DNA of 64,000 bases from an uncultured Verrucomicrobiota bacterium (GTDB taxonomy: Bacteria; Verrucomicrobiota; Kiritimatiellia; CAIQIC01; Lenti-01), in contig CAYMTY010000007.1 in NCBI GenBank assembly GCA_964393515.1, forward strand, positions 15,710-79,709. Direction: 5' to 3'. Positions 55,070 through 64,000 of the stretch are shown piece by piece (the stretch's first letter is position 1; each line of letters begins with the position of its first letter). Under the pieces are notes generated by a model. That model made no database searches, was not told the DNA's origin, and saw nothing but the letters and a program-made list of their open reading frames with translations. Made by a program: the position numbers and the translations under genes.

Positions 55070-56079
55070 AATGGGGCCAGATCCAGCTTTTGTACTGGCT
55101 GCCGCTGGCGCTCCCGCTGGCGTGGGCGCTGTTCGCCCTCCTGCGACACCGGCGCCGCGCGCTGGGACAGGTGGTGGCTCCGGCCATGCTGCCGGTCCTC
55201 GCCCCGGCCTGGAATCCCGGGCGGGCGAAACAGCGCCTGGTCCTGCGGATCCTCGCCCTGACGCTGCTGGTCGCCGCCCTCGCCCGCCCGCAATGGGGCT
55301 TCCACTGGGAGGAAGTCCGCCGCAAGGGCCTCGACCTGATGGTTGTCCTCGACACCTCGCGCTCGATGCTGGCGGCCGACATCAAGCCCTCGCGCCTCCA
55401 GCAGGCCCAATGGGGCGTGCGCGACCTGCTGCGCAACCTGCGCGGCGACCGCGTCGGCCTGGTGCCCTTCGCCGGCGCATCGATCCTCCAGTGCCCGCTG
55501 ACCATCGACTACGCCGCGTTCGCCATGACCCTGGATGATCTTTACAGCGGCATCATCCCGCGCGGGGGCACCGCCATTGAACAGGCGCTGCGCACGGCCA
55601 TCCAGGCTTTTCCCGAAAGCGGCACCGCCGACCGCGTGATCCTGCTCATCACCGACGGCGAAGACCACGAAGGCGATCCACTCGCCCTCCTGCCCGAGCT
55701 GAAGGAAAAGAGCATCCGCGTCTACACCATCGGCATCGGCACCCTCGAAGGCGAAATGGTTCCCGCCGGCGACGGCCGGGGCGCGTACTTCAAGGACCGC
55801 CAGGGCCAGGTCGTCAAGACCGCGCTGAAGGAGGACGTGCTGCAGAAACTCGCGCTGGGCACCGGCGGCACCTATGTCCGCTCCGCCCCCGGCGACACCG
55901 GCCTCGAACGCGTCTTCCGCGAAAGCATCGACAGCCTCAAGCGGGCGGAGCAGGAAACCCGCACGGCCAAAATCTTCGAAGAGCGCTTTCCCTGGCCGAT
56001 CGCGGCCGCCTTCCTGCTGCTGGCCTGGGAAGCCCTGCTTTCCGACCGGCGGAAACCGAATGCGGAGGCGGGCGCATGA
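55066..56079 (+). CDS. batB: BatB-like vWA domain membrane protein
   Basis: GTG overlaps the batA stop; ARPQWG, DTSRSM, PSRL, DRVGLVPFAG, ITDGEDHE, IGIGT. Confidence 0.9.
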   Translation: MKWGQIQLLYWLPLALPLAWALFALLRHRRRALGQVVAPAMLPVLAPAWNPGRAKQRLVLRILALTLLVAALARPQWGFHWEEVRRKGLDLMVVLDTSRSMLAADIKPSRLQQAQWGVRDLLRNLRGDRVGLVPFAGASILQCPLTIDYAAFAMTLDDLYSGIIPRGGTAIEQALRTAIQAFPESGTADRVILLITDGEDHEGDPLALLPELKEKSIRVYTIGIGTLEGEMVPAGDGRGAYFKDRQGQVVKTALKEDVLQKLALGTGGTYVRSAPGDTGLERVFRESIDSLKRAEQETRTAKIFEERFPWPIAAAFLLLAWEALLSDRRKPNAEAGA

Positions 56080-57077
56080 AGGCAAGAGGTCAGAGGACAG
56101 AGGACAGAGATCAGGGTTTAGGTAGGGCGAGGCGTCCCCGCCGAGCCGGGCTGTTCCCTTGGATGTTGAAGATTGGATATTGGATATTGAACATTGATCT
56201 TCTCCATTCCCGGCTCACCGGGACGGTTCGCCCTACCTGTTTTGCCCTCGCATTTTCGCTTCTGATGATGTGGGGGGCATATCCCGCGAAAGCCGCCGAG
56301 CCTTCTGCGCGGACTTCGTTCAACGCGGGCCTGCAGGCTTTCGCCGCCAGCAACTATCCGTCCGCCACCAACGCCTTCCTCGCGGCGGCCGCCGCGGCGC
56401 CCGCGGAAAAGCTCGATCCCGCGGCCGCCTACTACAACGCCGGCCTCGCCGCCTATGCCGGCGGCGACTTGCCGGCCGCCGCCGCCGCCTTCGCGCGCGC
56501 CGGCGCCGGCACCGATCTGGGCCTGCAGGCCCGGGCCTACTACAACCGTGGCAACGCCCTCTTCCACCAGGCCGGCGGCCCCGCCGGCATGCTGCAAGCC
56601 GGTGCCGCCCCGCTGCCGGCGATGTCCACGCAGGAGCTGGCCGCCGCGGAATCCTCCGTGGGCGAGGCCGTCCAGATGTTCGAAAACGCCATCGCCCTCG
56701 ATCCCCAGGACGAAGACGCCAAAGCCAATTACGAACTGGCCATCCTGAAACAACAGCAGCTCCAGCAGCAGAAACAGCAGCAGCAAAATCAGCAAAAACA
56801 GGACCAAAAGCAGGAGGACCAGAACGACCAGCAGAAGCAGGACCAACAACAGCAGCAACAAGAGCAGCCGGCGGAGCAACAACCCCAGCCGCAACCCCAA
56901 TCCCAGGACAACCCGCAGAAACCGGAGGAGCAGATCCAGGAAGAGAAACCATCCGAAGAGATGACGCCCGAAGAGGCCGCGATGATGCTGGATGCCATGA
57001 AGGCGCAGGAGCAATCCCAGCGCGACCAGCTCCATCCCTTCTTCGGGCGGCCCGTCCCGGTGGAAAAAGACTGGTAG
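56076..57077 (+). CDS. batC: BatC-like TPR protein with Gln-rich linker and repeat-encoded N-terminus
   Basis: AYYNAG and AYYNRGNALF TPRs, DAKANYELA, poly-Q tract, MTPEEAAMMLDAMK...VEKDW C-terminus. Confidence 0.85.
   Translation: MKARGQRTEDRDQGLGRARRPRRAGLFPWMLKIGYWILNIDLLHSRLTGTVRPTCFALAFSLLMMWGAYPAKAAEPSARTSFNAGLQAFAASNYPSATNAFLAAAAAAPAEKLDPAAAYYNAGLAAYAGGDLPAAAAAFARAGAGTDLGLQARAYYNRGNALFHQAGGPAGMLQAGAAPLPAMSTQELAAAESSVGEAVQMFENAIALDPQDEDAKANYELAILKQQQLQQQKQQQQNQQKQDQKQEDQNDQQKQDQQQQQQEQPAEQQPQPQPQSQDNPQKPEEQIQEEKPSEEMTPEEAAMMLDAMKAQEQSQRDQLHPFFGRPVPVEKDW
56085..56112 (+). repeat. Four AGAG(G/A)(T/A)C heptamers inside batC 5' end
   Basis: AGAGGTC-AGAGGAC-AGAGGAC-AGAGATC. Confidence 0.75.
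56120..56238. repeat. GTAG REPIN-like inverted repeat with nested GGATATT heptamers
   Basis: AGGTAGGGCGAGGCGTCCCCGCCGAGCCGGG ... CCCGGCTCACCGGGACGGTTCGCCCTACCT; spacer contains GGATGTT-GAAGATT-GGATATT-GGATATT-GAACATT. Confidence 0.75.
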
Positions 57078-57106
57078 CAAGGTCTTGTCCCGGTAAAGTA
57101 CACGCC

Positions 57107-58897
57107 ATGAAAGCCCCGATCCAACCCGCGAAGAACCTGGCGGGCGTCTTGGCGCTCGTTTTCGCGTGGTTGCTTCCGGCCGGCGCCATGGACGTGACGT
57201 TCGACGTCCAGCCCCGCCTGCTGAACCTGGGCGAGACCGCCCAGGCGACCCTGGTTTTCCACGGCGTGCGCAACGCGCCGGCCATCGAATTTCCGCAAAT
57301 CCCCGGGTTGCAGATCACCGGCACCGGGCAGATGTATCAGAACATCAACGGAGCTTCGAGCGTCCGCCTGGGCTACAACTTCTTCCCTCAGAAGGCCGGC
57401 AGTTTCACCATCGGCCCCTACGCGCTCGAGTTCAACGGCGAGCAGATCCAGATCCCCGAGGTGAAACTCGAGGTGCGCGCGCCGGCCGGCGGCGACTCCC
57501 CGGCCGAAATGCTGTTCGCGCGCATGCAGCTGCCGGACACGCCCCCCTACATCCACCAGGTCTTCGACATCGTCCTCAGCCTCTACGCCCTGCCCGGCGT
57601 GGAACTGGCCCGCGAAGTCAACCTGCTCGGGGGCTTCCCCGAGTCCGGCTTCATCATGGGGAATTTCGAAGAGCTCCAGACCGTGCGCGAGGAGGTCAAC
57701 GGGCGGTTCTACACGCTGCGCCGCTTCCGGGCCCGCGTCCGCGCGTTGACCGCCGGCGCATTCCCGCTGCAGCCCGCCCTGCGCGCGGGCGTGGTCGACC
57801 GGAACCAGGCGCGCCAGCGCCGCGATCCCTTCGGCGGCTTCTTTGACGATCCCTTTTCCGGTCCGGTTGCCAATCCCGTCAACGTGGCGATTCCGGCGGC
57901 CACGCTGGAGGTCCGGCCGCTGCCGGAGGAAGGCCGCCCGGCCGACTTCACCGGCGCCGTCGGCCAGTTCGAGCTGGCCGTGGACGTCCGCCCGCGTGAA
58001 TTGAAGGTCGGCGAACCGGTCACGGTCACCCTGCGCCTGCAGGGAGCGGGCAACATCGCCGCGGCGCTGCCCCCCGCCTATCGCGACAGCGACGCCTTCA
58101 AGGCCTACGAGGCGCGTCAGGTCGGCGACACGCCGGCTCCGACCGCCGAGGGGGGCGCCAAAGCCTTCGAGCAGGTGGTCATTCCGCGCACCGAGAACCT
58201 GAAGGAACTGCCGCTGTTGCAGTTCTCCTTCTTCGATCCGGTTGCGGGACGGTACCGTTCGGTCGCCGCGGGGCCTTTTCCCCTGACGGTGCATCCGTCC
58301 GAAAACGGCGCCAACGCCCTGCTTTTGCAGGTGCCCGGCCATGCGGCCGCCGGCGGCAGTTCCCTGGTGCTGGGCAGCGATATTGTGTATCTCAAATCCG
58401 CCCCTGCCCGCTGGCGCAACGGCCGCGGCTGGGCGGCGCACCCGGCCCTTCTGATCGGCCTGCATGCCGCCGCGCCGCTGGTGCTGGCCGGCCTGTTCCT
58501 TGCCGCCCGCCGCCGCAACCAGCTGGCCACGGACCTCGCCCTGGCCCGCCGCCAGAAAGCACCCCGCAGTGCGCGCGCCAACCTGCACCAGGCGGAAGCG
58601 GCCTGGAAGGCCGGGGGCGCGCCCGGCGCCGTCTTCACGTTCCTGGCCGCCGCCGTGTCCGATTATTTCGGCCACCGGCTCAACCTGGCGCCCGGCGCCG
58701 TGGATGCCCCGCTCATCCTCGGCAAACTCCAGGCCGCCATGACCGATGAAACCACCCTCGCCCGGTGGCGGGAATTCTTCGCGCTGTCCGACCAGGTCCG
58801 CTACGCTTCCGCATCCGACCTTTCCCGCGCCGCGCTCCAGGAATGGATTACCACCGTCGCCACCCTCCTGCGGAAGGCGGAAAGGGTGAAGCTGTGA
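57107..58897 (+). CDS. batD: BatD-like protein
   Basis: Signal peptide, tandem Ig-like domains, VRPLPEEGRPADFTGAVGQF, FSFFDP, C-terminal TM segment. Confidence 0.88.
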   Translation: MKAPIQPAKNLAGVLALVFAWLLPAGAMDVTFDVQPRLLNLGETAQATLVFHGVRNAPAIEFPQIPGLQITGTGQMYQNINGASSVRLGYNFFPQKAGSFTIGPYALEFNGEQIQIPEVKLEVRAPAGGDSPAEMLFARMQLPDTPPYIHQVFDIVLSLYALPGVELAREVNLLGGFPESGFIMGNFEELQTVREEVNGRFYTLRRFRARVRALTAGAFPLQPALRAGVVDRNQARQRRDPFGGFFDDPFSGPVANPVNVAIPAATLEVRPLPEEGRPADFTGAVGQFELAVDVRPRELKVGEPVTVTLRLQGAGNIAAALPPAYRDSDAFKAYEARQVGDTPAPTAEGGAKAFEQVVIPRTENLKELPLLQFSFFDPVAGRYRSVAAGPFPLTVHPSENGANALLLQVPGHAAAGGSSLVLGSDIVYLKSAPARWRNGRGWAAHPALLIGLHAAAPLVLAGLFLAARRRNQLATDLALARRQKAPRSARANLHQAEAAWKAGGAPGAVFTFLAAAVSDYFGHRLNLAPGAVDAPLILGKLQAAMTDETTLARWREFFALSDQVRYASASDLSRAALQEWITTVATLLRKAERVKL

Positions 58898-59670
58898 AAA
58901 CCAGAGAGGTCAGAGGTCAGTGGTCAGAAGTCAGACTGGCCGGGATTCTGTGCTTCGTGTTGGCCCTCGGGGCAGCCCATGCGGCGCCCGAGCGGGAAAC
59001 CCGCTTCGAGCGCACCTTTGCCGACGCGGCGCGGGCCTATGATGAGAACCGGCTGCCGGAGGCCATCGCGGGCTGGCAGGCGCTGGTGGACGAAAACCAG
59101 GCGCTGCCGGAAGTGCTGTTCAATCTCGGCAACGCCTATTACCGCCATGGCCAACTGGGCGAAGCCATGCGGGCCTACCGCGCGGCCCAGCGCCGCGCGC
59201 CACGGGATCCCGACCTTCGCGCCAACCTGGGTTTCGCGGCGCAGTCCGCCGGTGTTGTCCTGCCCGTGCGCGGTCCGCTGGCCGGACTGCTGCTGGATTT
59301 CAGCCGCGGGGAATGGCTCGCGTTCGGTACGGGCGTTTACTGGCTGCTGGCGGCGGTGCTGGCGGGCTGGATCCTGCGGCCGCGTTTTCGCGCCCTGGCC
59401 CGCCCGCTGGCGGCCGGGCTGGCGGTCCTCCTGCTGCTGGCGCTGGCCGGATTGTACGCCCACTACGACCTCCAGCAAATTCCCGAATGCGTGGTCATGG
59501 CCCCCGACCAGCAGGTGCGGTCCAGCCCGCTGGAAACCGCCACGCCGCTGCTGGCGATCCCCGCCGGCGCCATCGTCCGCCAGCTGGATGAACGCGGCAG
59601 CTGGCGCGAAATCCGCTACGACACGGTTCGCGGCTGGCTCCCCGCCGCCACCCTCGCCCGCGTGCCGTGA
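58894..59670 (+). CDS. batE: BatE-like TPR + SH3 protein with heptamer-encoded N-terminus
   Basis: GTG overlaps the batD stop; VLFNLGNAYYR, PRDPDLRANL, two TM segments, SH3-like WREIRY..VRGW. Confidence 0.85.
   Translation: MKTREVRGQWSEVRLAGILCFVLALGAAHAAPERETRFERTFADAARAYDENRLPEAIAGWQALVDENQALPEVLFNLGNAYYRHGQLGEAMRAYRAAQRRAPRDPDLRANLGFAAQSAGVVLPVRGPLAGLLLDFSRGEWLAFGTGVYWLLAAVLAGWILRPRFRALARPLAAGLAVLLLLALAGLYAHYDLQQIPECVVMAPDQQVRSSPLETATPLLAIPAGAIVRQLDERGSWREIRYDTVRGWLPAATLARVP
58905..58932 (+). repeat. Four AGAGGTC-type heptamers inside batE 5' end
   Basis: AGAGGTC-AGAGGTC-AGTGGTC-AGAAGTC. Confidence 0.75.
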
Positions 59671-60032
59671 AATCTCGACTGTCCACCTTTCTGCGGAACG
59701 ATTGGCGGTGGCGTCTGGCCCTGCTCGCCTTTGCCGGATTCACGTATGTCGTCGTATTCGAACCCTGCGGCTCCCGCCGTCCGCCGGCGCCGATGCAAAA
59801 TCCGGCGCCCCCGGCCGCGGAAGCCGTCACCGCTGCCGATCCGGACCATCCGCCGGTCATGGATGAAGAGGACTGCTTGCATTACACCGTGCAGGACGGA
59901 GACACGGTGGAGTCCATCGCCCGCCTCTTCGTCGTTCCCGAAGCCGCCATCCGCCGCCAGAACGGCTTTTCCCCCGATGAAGAGGTCGCCTCCGGCCGCC
60001 GGATCCTCATTCCCCCGTCCGAGCGGTTCTAG
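59667..60032 (+). CDS. Membrane-anchored LysM protein
   Basis: GTG overlaps the batE stop; TM segment; YTVQDGDTVESIARLF...RRILIP. Confidence 0.8.
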   Translation: MKSRLSTFLRNDWRWRLALLAFAGFTYVVVFEPCGSRRPPAPMQNPAPPAAEAVTAADPDHPPVMDEEDCLHYTVQDGDTVESIARLFVVPEAAIRRQNGFSPDEEVASGRRILIPPSERF

Positions 60033-60039
60033 CTAAAGT

Positions 60040-60843
60040 TCAGCGCCCGAGCAGGCAGCGCGCCGCGCTGCGCGCGACTTCGGCGCACTGCCAGGCCACC
60101 GGCCGGCGGAAACCGTTGGTGACCGCCGGCGCGAATTCGCTGCTGCCGCCCCACGGCCAGTAGATGCCGCGCAGGGGCGCGGCGGCGTTGTCCGCGTGGA
60201 CCACCTGGCACCACATCGGCCGCAGGTACTGAAAGACCACCGGCGCGACCGCGGCGATCTGCGCATGCTCCGCCGCCAGGACCGTCCGGGCGCATTCCGG
60301 CGCCGACACAAAGCTCACGAAGGAGTTGTAGGGTTCGCGCCGCAAGTAGAAATCCCCCTTCCGCTCGGCGCAGCCGAGGGGAAAGCTGATGTAGAAACCG
60401 GTTTTCAAATCCGGGCTTTCCAGCCGGGCGCGGGCCAGTTCCTGCACGTGCGCGACCATCCGCGGATGGAGGGCGTCGTCGTTGTCGAGGGCGGTGGTGA
60501 TGCGCACGCTGCCGGGCGCTTCGCTCCGGCGGATTTCCGTCAGCGCCGTTTCTTCGTCGAACGGGGAGCAATAGACCGGCCGCAGGAAATCATAGTGCAC
60601 CGCCAGCGCGGCCATCTTCTCCTTGAACGGCACGGGTGTGGCCCAGTCGAGAAAAACCAGCCATTGGAAGTCGCCCTCGGTCTGGCGGTCCACCGACGGC
60701 AGGCAGATGCGTTCGAACAAGTCGAACCGCCGTTTCAACCACTCGGGATCCAGGCCCTTGCGCGGCGCGCCCGCCGTCGCCGCTGGCGCGGCTTTCATGA
60801 GGACGTTGAAGCGGGTCAGGATGAAATGGGCAAACGGCTTCAT
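60040..60843 (-). CDS. Putative rhamnosyltransferase-like glycosyltransferase
   Basis: HFILTRFNV, WLKRRFDLFERICLPSVDRQT, F.WLVFLD, TTALDNDDALH. Confidence 0.7.
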   Translation of the reverse strand: MKPFAHFILTRFNVLMKAAPAATAGAPRKGLDPEWLKRRFDLFERICLPSVDRQTEGDFQWLVFLDWATPVPFKEKMAALAVHYDFLRPVYCSPFDEETALTEIRRSEAPGSVRITTALDNDDALHPRMVAHVQELARARLESPDLKTGFYISFPLGCAERKGDFYLRREPYNSFVSFVSAPECARTVLAAEHAQIAAVAPVVFQYLRPMWCQVVHADNAAAPLRGIYWPWGGSSEFAPAVTNGFRRPVAWQCAEVARSAARCLLGR

Positions 60844-60895
60844 TCCGCCGTCCATAGTGCCATGCGGCCTGCGGCACTCAAGCGTTTTCCGGCGG

Positions 60896-61882
60896 TCACC
60901 GGCGGCGGGCCAGCAGCCCGAGGAACAGCGGCCCGCCCAGCACGGCCGTCAAGGCTCCGACCGGCATTTCCAGGGGGGCGGCGGCCCACCGGCCGGCGGC
61001 GTCGCAGGCGGCCAGCAGCGCGCCGCCCAGCAGGAAGGACCCCGGCAGGACCAGGCGCATGTCCGGGCCGGCGATTTTGCGGACGGCATGGGGCGCCAGC
61101 AGGCCGACAAAACCGATCGGCCCCGCTACCGCCGCCACGGCGGCGGCGGCGATTCCAGCCCCGAGAGCCGTCCAGCGGCGCACGCGCGCCACCTCGACGC
61201 CCTGGCCGGCCGCCATCTCCTCGCCCAGCCCCAGCGGATTCAGATCGCGGCCGAAACGCGCCAGGATGGCGATCCCCGGAACGGCCAGAACCGCCAGGGC
61301 GCCAAGCGCCTCCCAATCCGCCGCGTCCAGTCCGCCCAGCAGCCAGCGATGGAATTCCGCCAGTTTCCACGGCGAAACGAAGCTGCTAACCACCATGATC
61401 AAGCCCCCGCTGACCACGCCGATCGTTACGCCGGCCAGCAGCAGCGTCTGGTCGCCTCCGCCGGGCTGCCGGCGGGCCAGCGCCATGCCCAGCCCCAAGG
61501 CTCCCGCTGCGCCCAGCAAGGCCAGCGCCTGGGAGGTGTTCAGCGGTCCCAGGGCAAACCACAGGAAGGGGCAGATCCGCGCCAGGAACGCCCCGAGACT
61601 GGCGCCGCCGGCGATGCCCAGCGTCCAGGGCTCGGCCAGCGGATTGCGTAACACAATCTGCAGCGCCGCTCCGGCCAGTGCCAGCGCGCCACCGGCCAGC
61701 AGCCCCGCCAGGACCCGCGGCAGCCGCAGCTGGTAGAAGATCATGCCGTCGGCTGTCCATTCGCCGAAACCGTACGCGAGCACCTCGCGCACGCGCAGTT
61801 TTTCGGACCCGATCCAGGGGCAGGCCAGCAGAGCCAGGCCGAAAACAGCCCAGAAGACGCAAAGTTTCCGGCTTTTGGTCAT
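60896..61882 (-). CDS. FecCD/BtuC family ABC permease
   Basis: LRLPRVLAGLLAG, RNPLAEP..LGIAGGA, GPIGFVGLLAPH, EMPVGALTAVLGGP. Confidence 0.92.
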   Translation of the reverse strand: MTKSRKLCVFWAVFGLALLACPWIGSEKLRVREVLAYGFGEWTADGMIFYQLRLPRVLAGLLAGGALALAGAALQIVLRNPLAEPWTLGIAGGASLGAFLARICPFLWFALGPLNTSQALALLGAAGALGLGMALARRQPGGGDQTLLLAGVTIGVVSGGLIMVVSSFVSPWKLAEFHRWLLGGLDAADWEALGALAVLAVPGIAILARFGRDLNPLGLGEEMAAGQGVEVARVRRWTALGAGIAAAAVAAVAGPIGFVGLLAPHAVRKIAGPDMRLVLPGSFLLGGALLAACDAAGRWAAAPLEMPVGALTAVLGGPLFLGLLARRR

Positions 61883-62664
61883 TTCTTTGCTACCACGATC
61901 GGGCTGCCGGTTTCCGGGCGCGGGAGGACTTCGAGCTGGCGGCCGTACACCGCGCAAAGCCGGGACTCGGTGAGGATTTCGGCGGGCGCGCCGGCGGCGG
62001 CGATCCGACCGGCCTGCAGCAGCACCAGCCGGTCACAGAAAAGCCCGGCGAGGTTGAGGTCGTGCATAGCCGCGACCACCCGCAGGCCGGCCGCCGCCTT
62101 GCGCGCCAGGACTTCCATGACCACGGCGGCCTGGTGGAGATCGAGCGCGGCGGTGGGTTCATCCAGCAGGAGGATGCCGGTTTCCTGCGCCAGGGCGGAA
62201 GCCAGCCAAGCCCGCCGGCGTTCGCCGCCGGAAAGTTGAGAAAGCCGGCGGTGCCGCAATGCTTCCAGGCCGGTATCGGCCAGGGCGCGGTCGACGGCCT
62301 CGCGGTCGGCGGCCGCCGGCGTGTCCAACCGGCCTCCGTAGGCATGGCGCCCCATTGCGGCCACCTGCCCCACCGTGTAGTCGAAGAGCGCCGGGCATTC
62401 CTGCGGCAGGAAGCCCAGGCGGCGGGCGATTTCCGGGCGGCGCATTCGCGCCAGGAGGCGGTTGTCCAACGTCACGGCTCCCGCCCCCGGCATCAGAAGC
62501 CCTGCCGCCACTTTCAGCAGCGTGCTCTTGCCGGAACCGTTGGGACCGATCAGGCCGCACAGCGGCTCGCGGCCGAGCGCCAGGTCGGGTATTTCCAGGG
62601 ACCAGCCGGCCGGTTCGTAGGAAAATCGGAGGTTGCGAAGCTCAAGCTGGCTGGCGGAGTTCAA
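61879..62664 (-). CDS. FecE/BtuD family ABC ATP-binding protein
   Basis: GPNGSGKS, LSGGERRR, LLLDEPTAALD, HDLNLA. TTG 62664 preferred because the ATG at 62700 lies in a heptamer repeat. Confidence 0.88.
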   Translation of the reverse strand: MNSASQLELRNLRFSYEPAGWSLEIPDLALGREPLCGLIGPNGSGKSTLLKVAAGLLMPGAGAVTLDNRLLARMRRPEIARRLGFLPQECPALFDYTVGQVAAMGRHAYGGRLDTPAAADREAVDRALADTGLEALRHRRLSQLSGGERRRAWLASALAQETGILLLDEPTAALDLHQAAVVMEVLARKAAAGLRVVAAMHDLNLAGLFCDRLVLLQAGRIAAAGAPAEILTESRLCAVYGRQLEVLPRPETGSPIVVAKK

Positions 62665-62672
62665 AGCCTTCG

Positions 62673-62766
62673 ATCTCAATATCCAACACCCAACATCCAA
62701 TATCCAATGGAACAGCCGGGCGGTTCACCTGAAAATTGGGCGGTGGATATTGGATATTGAAGATCT
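62673..62766. repeat. Inverted array of AATATCC/GGATATT heptamers
   Basis: AATATCC-AACACCC-AACATCC-AATATCC ... GGATATT-GGATATT-GAAGAT between aspS and the ABC ATPase. Confidence 0.75.
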
Positions 62767-64000
62767 CACGCCTCGGCCTTGGGCGCCACGGCCAGTTTGA
62801 TGTGGATGTCGCGCAGCTGCTTGTCGTCCACCGTCGAGGGCGCGTTCATCAGCAGGTCCATGGCCTTCTGGGTTTTGGGGAAGGCGATGACGTCGCGAAT
62901 GCTGGAGCGGCCGGCGAGGAGCATGACCAGGCGGTCCGCGCCGATGGCGAGGCCGCCGTGTGGCGGCGCGCCGTACTCGAGCGCCCGGATCAGGTGGCTG
63001 AAGCGGCTCTGGATCTCGGCCTCGGGCAGGCCGAGGATCTTGAACATCCGCGCCTGGAAGGCCGGGTCGTGGATCCGGATGCTGCCGCCGCCGAGTTCGG
63101 TGCCGTTGAGCACGATGTCATAGGCCTGCGCGCGGACCTTTTCCGGCGCCGTCTCGAGCAGCGGGACATCTTCCGGCCGGGGCGAAGTGAATGGATGGTG
63201 CACGCTGACCAGCTGGCCTTCGTCGTTGCGTTCGAACAGCGGGAAATCCACCACCCAGGTGAACTTGAAGACATCGTCCGGGATCGCCTTGGCCTGCCAC
63301 CCCGCCAGCAGGCGGATGCGGCCGAGGACCGGCAGGACTTTTTCGGCTTTGTCCGCGCCGAACAGGACCAGGTCGCCGGGCTGGATGTCCAGCGCGGCCT
63401 GCAGCCCCGCCTTCTCGGCGTCGGTGAAGAACTTCACGATGGGCGACTTCCAGGTGCCGTCCGCCTGCACGCGGATGTAGGCCAGGCCGCCGAGGCCGCC
63501 TTCCTTGGCGAGCCCGGTCCAGTCCTCTTCCACCATCTTGATCGGCGCGTGGGCCAGGCCCTTGGCGTTGAGCCCCTTGACCACGCCGCCGCCGTCCAGC
63601 GCGCGGGCGAAGACCTTGAATTGCGTGCCCTGGAAGACGGCGGCGAGGTCCGTGATCTCCATGCCGAAGCGCAGATCGGGCTTGTCGCTGCCGAAGCGGT
63701 CCATGGCCTCGCGGTAGGTCATGCGCGGCAGCGGCAGCGCCGGCGCCGGCAGGCCTGCGGCCGGCAGCAGCCGCGCGATCAGGCCGTCGACGGTCGTCAG
63801 GATGTCGTCGGCGGTCACGAACGACATCTCCAGGTCGATCTGGGTGAATTCGGGCTGGCGGTCGGCGCGCAGGTCTTCATCCCGGAAGCAGCGGGCGATC
63901 TGGACGTAGCGGTCCAGGCCGGACATCATCAGCAACTGCTTGTACTGCTGCGGGGCCTGCGGCAGCGCGAAGAACAAGCCCGGACACACGCGGCTGGGCA
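62766..64000 (-). CDS. aspS: Aspartyl-tRNA synthetase (5' part outside window)
   Basis: ALPQAPQQYKQLLM, CFRDEDLRADRQPEFTQIDLEM, HHPFT, GGGSIRIH, PPHGG, DVIAFPKT. Confidence 0.98.
   Translation of the reverse strand, partial: PSRVCPGLFFALPQAPQQYKQLLMMSGLDRYVQIARCFRDEDLRADRQPEFTQIDLEMSFVTADDILTTVDGLIARLLPAAGLPAPALPLPRMTYREAMDRFGSDKPDLRFGMEITDLAAVFQGTQFKVFARALDGGGVVKGLNAKGLAHAPIKMVEEDWTGLAKEGGLGGLAYIRVQADGTWKSPIVKFFTDAEKAGLQAALDIQPGDLVLFGADKAEKVLPVLGRIRLLAGWQAKAIPDDVFKFTWVVDFPLFERNDEGQLVSVHHPFTSPRPEDVPLLETAPEKVRAQAYDIVLNGTELGGGSIRIHDPAFQARMFKILGLPEAEIQSRFSHLIRALEYGAPPHGGLAIGADRLVMLLAGRSSIRDVIAFPKTQKAMDLLMNAPSTVDDKQLRDIHIKLAVAPKAEA

Noticed and set aside
62665-62765. Cobalamin riboswitch upstream of the BtuCD/FecCD-like genes
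   Set aside because: The interval is short and fully explained by the heptamer inverted array; no B12-box motifs were recognised.

Overview
High-GC bacterial chromosomal window, most likely from a PVC-superphylum organism of the Kiritimatiellia/Lentisphaerae/Verrucomicrobia type (inferred from protein style only). Most of it is housekeeping or envelope genes: pyrH-frr, uvrB-nadC-birA-coaX-thioesterase-5FCL-ymdB-GT9, argC, M42 peptidase, amidase/LysM divergon, nnr-pdxJ, alr-rdgB, hisB-hisH-hisA, a MoxR-DUF58-BatABCDE operon, an iron/B12-type ABC pair and partial aspS. The main accessory element is a visibly lower-GC ~13.4 kb two-gene block (29970-43333). It encodes an O-antigen-ligase/TPR membrane protein translationally coupled (ATGA overlap) to a 3839-aa secreted protein built from seven beta-helix modules, five PKD-like domains and a C-terminal 'FLRLKV' domain. 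A second theme is a set of small palindromic and heptamer DNA elements (TTTTCCAC..TGGAAAA units, a GTAG REPIN-like element, 7-mer and 9-mer inverted arrays). Three of the Bat-operon genes carry such elements in frame at their 5' ends, apparently translated as signal-peptide extensions. I also found three small ORFs missed or mis-started by the ORF track, a tandem 22-bp palindromic operator pair, a sigma-54-like promoter and several apparently leaderless genes. No rRNA, tRNA, CRISPR array, integrase or transposase was recognised. All family assignments come from motif recognition by eye; no database search was run.
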